Assembly: GCA_010909165.1 (NCBI GenBank)
Contig: MU008180.1
Coordinates: forward strand, 619,884 to 683,883
Reading direction: 5' to 3'
Origin: Anthoceros angustus
Taxonomy: Eukaryota > Plantae > Anthocerotophyta
DNA: 64,000 bases
Shown: positions 58,851 to 64,000 of the stretch, piece by piece
Numbering within the stretch: the first letter of the stretch is position 1
How the letters are laid out: every line of letters begins with the position of its first letter
Made by a program: the position numbers and the translations under genes
The notes under the pieces: model-generated
Seen by the model: the letters and a program-made list of their open reading frames with translations, nothing else
The model's database searches: none
Told to the model about the DNA's origin: nothing

Positions 58851-59816
58851 GAAGCTTTCTAGACGAAGAAGAAGAATTTTATTTAAGTCCTCTAAGGATG
58901 GATTTCCGTCGTGGGACATGGTACTTAACCAAACTTGTACCAAGGGCATCCATTCCCTTTAGAGACCCCATCTAAGTACCGATTTGAGCGCAGGATGCTT
59001 AGTTATCCTTAATCTGTGTCCATTTGGCCTAAGCCATTTGGACACACATTCTAGAGAAGAGCGTGTGCGCTTTCCTAGGGGAGAAGAAGAAGAATTTTAT
59101 TTAAGTCTACTAAGGTCGGATTTTCATATGGAACTTTATACCTAAGTGGAAGCTTTTGTATAGAGGAGTGTGTGCTTTCCCTTAGGGGAGAATGAAGAAG
59201 AAAATTTTATTTCCCTAGGGGAAGAATGAAGAAGAAAATTTTATTTAAGTCCACTAAGGACAGAGTTTTGAGAAGCTTTTTTAGAGAGGAGCGTGTGCTT
59301 TCATGGGGGGAGAATGAAGAAGAATATTTTATTTAAGTCCACTAAGAACGAATTTTTGTCATGGGACTTGGTACTTAATAATTTGTACCATGGTCAAATT
59401 GGGAAGCTTTTCTAGAGAGGAGTATATGCTTTCCTAGGAGGAGAAAAGAAGAAGAATCTTAAAAGAAAAAAAAATTATTTATGTTCACCAAGGACAAATT
59501 CCAGGCATGGGACTTGGTACTTAACAATTTGTACCATGGTGTGCCTAGGCTTTCTTGCACAAAGAGCATCCACTTAACAACTTGTACCATGGTGTACCTA
59601 AGCTACTTGCACCAAGGGCATCCACTTAACAACTTGTACCATGGTGTGCCTAAGCTACTTGCACCAAGGACATCCACTTAACAACTAGTACCATGGTGTA
59701 CCTAAGCTACTTGTACCAAGGGCATCCACTCCCTTTAAAGACCCCATCTAAGTACCGATCTCAGCGCATGATGCTTAATAACAACGTTCTTATAAATGTG
59801 TGTCCATGGCCTAGGA
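58851..59816 (-). repeat. Head-to-tail array of variably truncated SINE 3' ends sharing a ~38-nt extension; last unit has 4x52-bp internal repeats
   Basis: GAAGCTTT...CCTAGGGG units start at 58851, 59149, 59272 and 59403. The 52-bp units start at 59520, 59573, 59625 and 59677. Confidence 0.85.
58864..59049 (-). mobile_element. SINE-like copy inserted with TCTAGA TSD into the first array unit
   Basis: Runs from the (GAA)n tail to the terminal hairpin ...GGACACACAT. TCTAGA occurs at 58858-58863 and 59050-59055. Confidence 0.8.
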
Positions 59817-60033
59817 TGTAACACGTGGTTGTAGCAGGGTTGTTCGAAGCTTAGGTAGGAAGTTTTCCACTTTGGTAGATTTCTAGTAGGGTAGCTTACC
59901 CCGTTTGTGTTCCCTACGATGACGAAAAGGGCAGCCCGGTTGCGTCCCTCCAAGCTTTGGATGTTCACCTTGCCTCCCAAGCTTATGATATTCCCTTGCC
60001 TCTTGAGCTTCTGTTGTTCACCGTGGGTCTTGA

Positions 60034-60358
60034 GAGCAGCAAGATGTTGTTCAAGAGGCAGAGAAGAGCAGCAAGATGTTGTTCAAGAGGCAGAGAAGAG
60101 CAGCAAGATGTTGTTCAAGAGGCAGAGAAGAGCAGCAAGATGTTGTTCAAGAGGCGGAGAAAAGCAAGATGTTGTTCAAGGCGGAAGCGGCAAGATGTTG
60201 TTCAAGAGGCGAGAAGAGCAGCAAGATGTTGTTCAAGAGGCGAGAAGAGCAAGATGTTGTTCAAGAGGCGAGAGAAGAGCAGCAAGATGTTGTTCAAGAG
60301 GCGGAAGCGGCAAGATGTTGTTCAAGAGGAGCGAAGATGTTGTTCAAGAGGCAGAAAG
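60034..60358. repeat. Minisatellite, 11 copies of a 22-33-bp unit (core CAAGATGTTGTTCAAGAGG)
   Basis: The core is seen 11 times, and the first units are 32 bp. Confidence 0.95.
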
Positions 60359-61094
60359 AGAAACCTTGAAGATAATAAATGGGGCGCTTTGAAGCACCTT
60401 GTGACTTCTTCAAGGCAGCATGTTGTTGGCATATTTTTTATCTAGGTCGCTCCCCTTATGCTATGGATATGAAAGAGATCTGCAAAAGACATCCATGAGT
60501 CAGGCCATAAGAAGGTATAACATCTCGATTTGCTTTGAATTTAAGGGCCACAAGCATATGTCGTCACGAGGACGAGCTGTTGCGAGCAGGTTCACAGAAA
60601 GCAGGGTGTTGTTTTTTTTCTACTGTTTCAGAACAACCAACATGTAAACCATGGTCTAGAGATGTCGTTCTCCTTGCACCATTTCGAACCAAGCACCTTG
60701 GTGACCCATTGCGCAGAGGGAAAGCTAGTGAGGGTAATGAGCATGAGGGACTGTTAGCGTAGGGCTTCCGGATGCTTCTGAACAGTGAATCTGCTGGCCA
60801 ATTGGTGGCATGTTTCTGCAGACTGGAATCCCGCTTCATAGCCTGTCCATGGGGACTTGTGTTCTTCCAGCGAGCGGAGCAGCTTACCATCAATTCAGGC
60901 GTGTATAGGAGTTACTGGCGGATTATAAAAATGAGTCCCCTACATCGTCCGACATGACATTTATAACGAACCAGGCCCATCGTCTACGACTCTTCGTGCC
61001 CGACCTTTTTCTCTTAGCCTTGTGGCTTCAGGTCCATCACGGCGGCCGCGAGGCCTCCACTCCTGCACTCTCTGTTCCGTACTGAATGCCTGAT

Positions 61095-61334
61095 TCGTTC
61101 TGCAGAAGATCCCGAACGAGGGGACTGCAACTCTGCTTACTTCTTTGCTGATTGTGTGAAACTGCCTTGCCTCGTTCGCAGAAGATCCCGAACGAAGGAC
61201 TGCAAATTTGCTTGTTTCTTTGCTGATTGTGTGAAACTGCCCAGGCTCGTTCGCTCGTTCTGCAGGAGATCCGAACGAGGGACTGCAACTCTACTTGTTT
61301 CTTTGCTGACTGTGTGAAACTGCCCTGCCTCGTT
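61095..61334. repeat. 76-84-bp tandem repeat, 3 copies
   Basis: GCAG(A/G)AGATCC...TGTGTGAAACTGCC occurs at 61102, 61178 and 61262. Confidence 0.9.
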
Positions 61335-63206
61335 TTGCTTCATGTACTGTGCTGATGTATGCGTACTAACCAGCCACTGCATGCCCGCGCTCAACAGTCT
61401 TAGCTATCTAGCCTGTATAGACATAGTAGTTTGGACTTAGTGACTTACCTTGTCAAACTGTGCACTCGGTTGTCAAGCTTCATGTCTGCGTTTGAATGTG
61501 TTATAGTTCCCCTCAAATTTCTCTTCATCGACGGGATTGCAGAGTGCAGGATCCAGGAGCTTGTGAAGAAGAACAGTTCCGTCGTTTTGGAGCTGAACAC
61601 TCTGAGCTACAATACTGGCAATTTGGGAACTTTCAAGGCTCAGTTGTATGGGTGACAGACCCGTGCATTCACGATGTCTAGCTTTGCACGACGGTCTGCA
61701 GGAGCTGTTCAGCTGATTGTGGGATTCTTGTGTGGCATAAATCCCTTGGCTTGGTAAGGGGTTAAGCTGTGTAGTCGGCTCTCCGATGTTCGTACGTCCA
61801 ATGTCTCACCTTTCCTGCTCAGATGCTGCCTTTCGATTACCCGCCGTATATGTGGAGCATGGCCTCCTTTTTACTCCCTCAACCTCGTCGCCACACTCCG
61901 CTTGTACAAGATGGCCTCTCCGTTTTCATGATGGCTTCCTCAAGGATTCCATTCTGCCACTTCATCCCACCTGCCGGCATTCGCACAGATTTCCCCAGCT
62001 GCATAAGGAATTTGCGTGCCCAGTTCTCAGCATCGGTGCCCACCCGCTCCACGAGGAGCATCCAACAAGACCACCATGCCACTAGTATGATAATCCGTGC
62101 GCAGACAGAACAGTCGTTGTTATCTGGAAGAATCCCTCGCTCAGCCACGTCTTCGAAAGATCGATTCGCACTTTGACATCGACATGTTGAGCATAAACAC
62201 TCAGCACCACTGTGCCCTATGAGCTAGCACCCCTTCGAGTAATCGGTGGCACGCTTCTCAACCTCCCGCATTTCTGTTACACGCCCAACAGGCTGCAGCA
62301 GCTCACACGCACACGAGCTTGTCCCAAATTTTCGCGTACCGCTGCTTGCTCTACTGCAGGACTAGGGCTCCCACGTTGGCACACACGCTCCCAGGGAGCA
62401 CACGAGTGTGCCGCTATCTGCTCCACCCATGCCTTCCTCAACTTTCAACCCTGATAACAGTACATACATCCACAGCCAGGACATCCCCATGGACCCCCCC
62501 TCCAGTCACAGCAGTCCATGTCATATCACCTCTTGTCGCAGCCTGTGAACCACAGCAAAGCATCTGAAGCGGGAACCAAGAAAGAGCGATCCGAACGATC
62601 GACCATCCGAACAACAACAGATGTCCAGCAGTGGCCACTGGTGACGAGTGGCGCGGGGAGAAGCCCCACTGACAGGAGCAGTCCCACCCCGAGAGCCCTG
62701 TCGGGATACGTGGCCGCCGGAAAGCCCTGCCAGTCACATAGCCTGCCTGCCACAGCGCACACACACACACACAGATCCGATGGATACCGGAAGAATGAAA
62801 TTATATGCTTTTAGACTACAGTGAAATTTAGAGCAGAAGCCGGTGGCCGGTCAGTGAGCCCGACGCAAAACCCTAGCATCAGACATCCGATCACAACAAC
62901 TCTACACAACAAACAACAACAAAACCACAGTCCACCGTGCGAGTCGCCATCGCTGTAGGTCTATATCCACCGAACAGGCCTTGGAAGCTCATCCAAATCT
63001 CGTCACAACATCGCATGCACTAGAAAAAGCCTTGAAAGCTCATCCAAATCCCGTCACACCATCGCATGCAGTAGAAAATGGAAGAACGAATGAGGAAAAG
63101 ATGGACGAACAAAATAGGAAGTACAATATATATACACATGGAGGTAGACTGTACGGAGGAGTGCCACATGCACCCAAGGCAGCCCACATTGGCATCCGGG
63201 CCAACA

Positions 63207-63352
63207 GAGAGACGTGTTCTAGAGTCTGAATCTAAGTACATGCGGTGTGAATGGGGAGCATGCGGTGTGAATGGGGAGGGGCAGCAAAGGCTAACGTACG
63301 GAGAGACGTGTTCTAGAGTCTGAATCCAAGTACATGCGGTGTGAATGGGGAG
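63207..63352. repeat. Local direct repeat (about 50 bp, offset 94)
   Basis: GAGAGACGTGTTCTAGAGTCTGAATC(T/C)AAGTACATGCGGTGTGAATGGG occurs at 63207 and 63301. Confidence 0.9.
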
Positions 63353-64000
63353 CGGCAGCAAAGGCTACCGTACGGAGCACACGTCCCACCCCGGGTCAAG
63401 TGGAGAGCCATCAGGCGACATGTGGTGCAGGAGCTACAGTCCTGCAGTCGGGAGAACCGAGTCGGCTCTGGCCTGAGCCCGCAGTTGGCCTAACCGCGCC
63501 CACGGCCCGTCTCTGACATTTCATTTATGCGATTGCGACTGGTAATGCGCGATGTAAGCTTTGGTTTGGAGCTGGCCTGTTGGCTGCGCCTGCCTTCGTT
63601 TCCGGTCCCGGGGCCCCGCCAAAAGACACTCTCCAAAGCCCCTCTTCCAAATTCCCCGCCCAGCTGCCGCAGCCGCTCGCCCAGCCTTCCGCCTGCTGCA
63701 GCCGCTGCCGGTGGCCGCCTCGCCCCGCCAATTCCCCGGCCGAGATCGGCGTCTCCGGGCTCCGATCTGCTGCTCCCGGCCGCCGCCGGATTGCCGGCTC
63801 TGCCCCAGCTGCCGGCCGCCGGCAGGCCGGATCGACTGCATTGTCCTCTCGTCTCGCTATTCATGGCGCCGGTGCGCGGGACGGCGCAATTCCGCGGCCA
63901 GGGTGCGGGGCGGAGGAGGTAGGACAGGGCGGGGGAGCTGGAAGTGAGGGTCGGAGGCATGGAATCCAGGGCCGGCTTGCGGTGCAGGCGGGGGTTGCGG

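Noticed and set aside
58851-60358. CRISPR-like appearance of the 38-nt and 32-bp repeats
   Set aside because: The intervening sequences are homologous to each other rather than unique spacers, there are no cas genes, and the context is eukaryotic.
59817-62281. TGTAAC...GTTACA as a single solo-LTR or element
   Set aside because: The flanks (TAGGA vs CGCCC) give no TSD, and no PBS or PPT was found.
63490-64000. Several overlapping GC-rich ORFs at the window end
   Set aside because: Low-complexity GCC/CCG sequence that is open in many frames, with no domain evidence and truncated by the window edge.

Overview
Gene-dense land-plant nuclear DNA with short introns (mostly about 80-110 nt) and about 18 protein-coding genes in 64 kb. 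A compact non-seed plant such as a hornwort or Selaginella is my inference from gene architecture only. Genes in order: class-3 lipase, GT90/CAP10 glycosyltransferase, HNH endonuclease, coiled-coil/TM protein, polyQ type I MADS, choline kinase, guanylate kinase, SDR, ERMP1-like M28 peptidase, a small hidden TM protein, EMB1270-like PPR, ENT nucleoside transporter, DCC1, UVR coiled-coil protein, GCP3, VIP3/SKI8, an AT-rich M-alpha MADS and an extensin-PR1 chimera. The best finding is a full-length Ty3/gypsy chromovirus (5945-11661) whose two LTRs both run AGTAAC...GTTACT, i.e. AG...CT instead of TG...CA. Its boundaries are fixed by a CTAAG target-site duplication inside a short interspersed repeat whose empty site occurs elsewhere in the window. 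That repeat is an unrecognised SINE-like family with a 5' hairpin, a (TTC)n tail, TSDs and 5' truncations, and it also forms a head-to-tail array of truncated 3' ends at 58.85-59.8 kb. All gene models were spliced by eye and no database searches were run.
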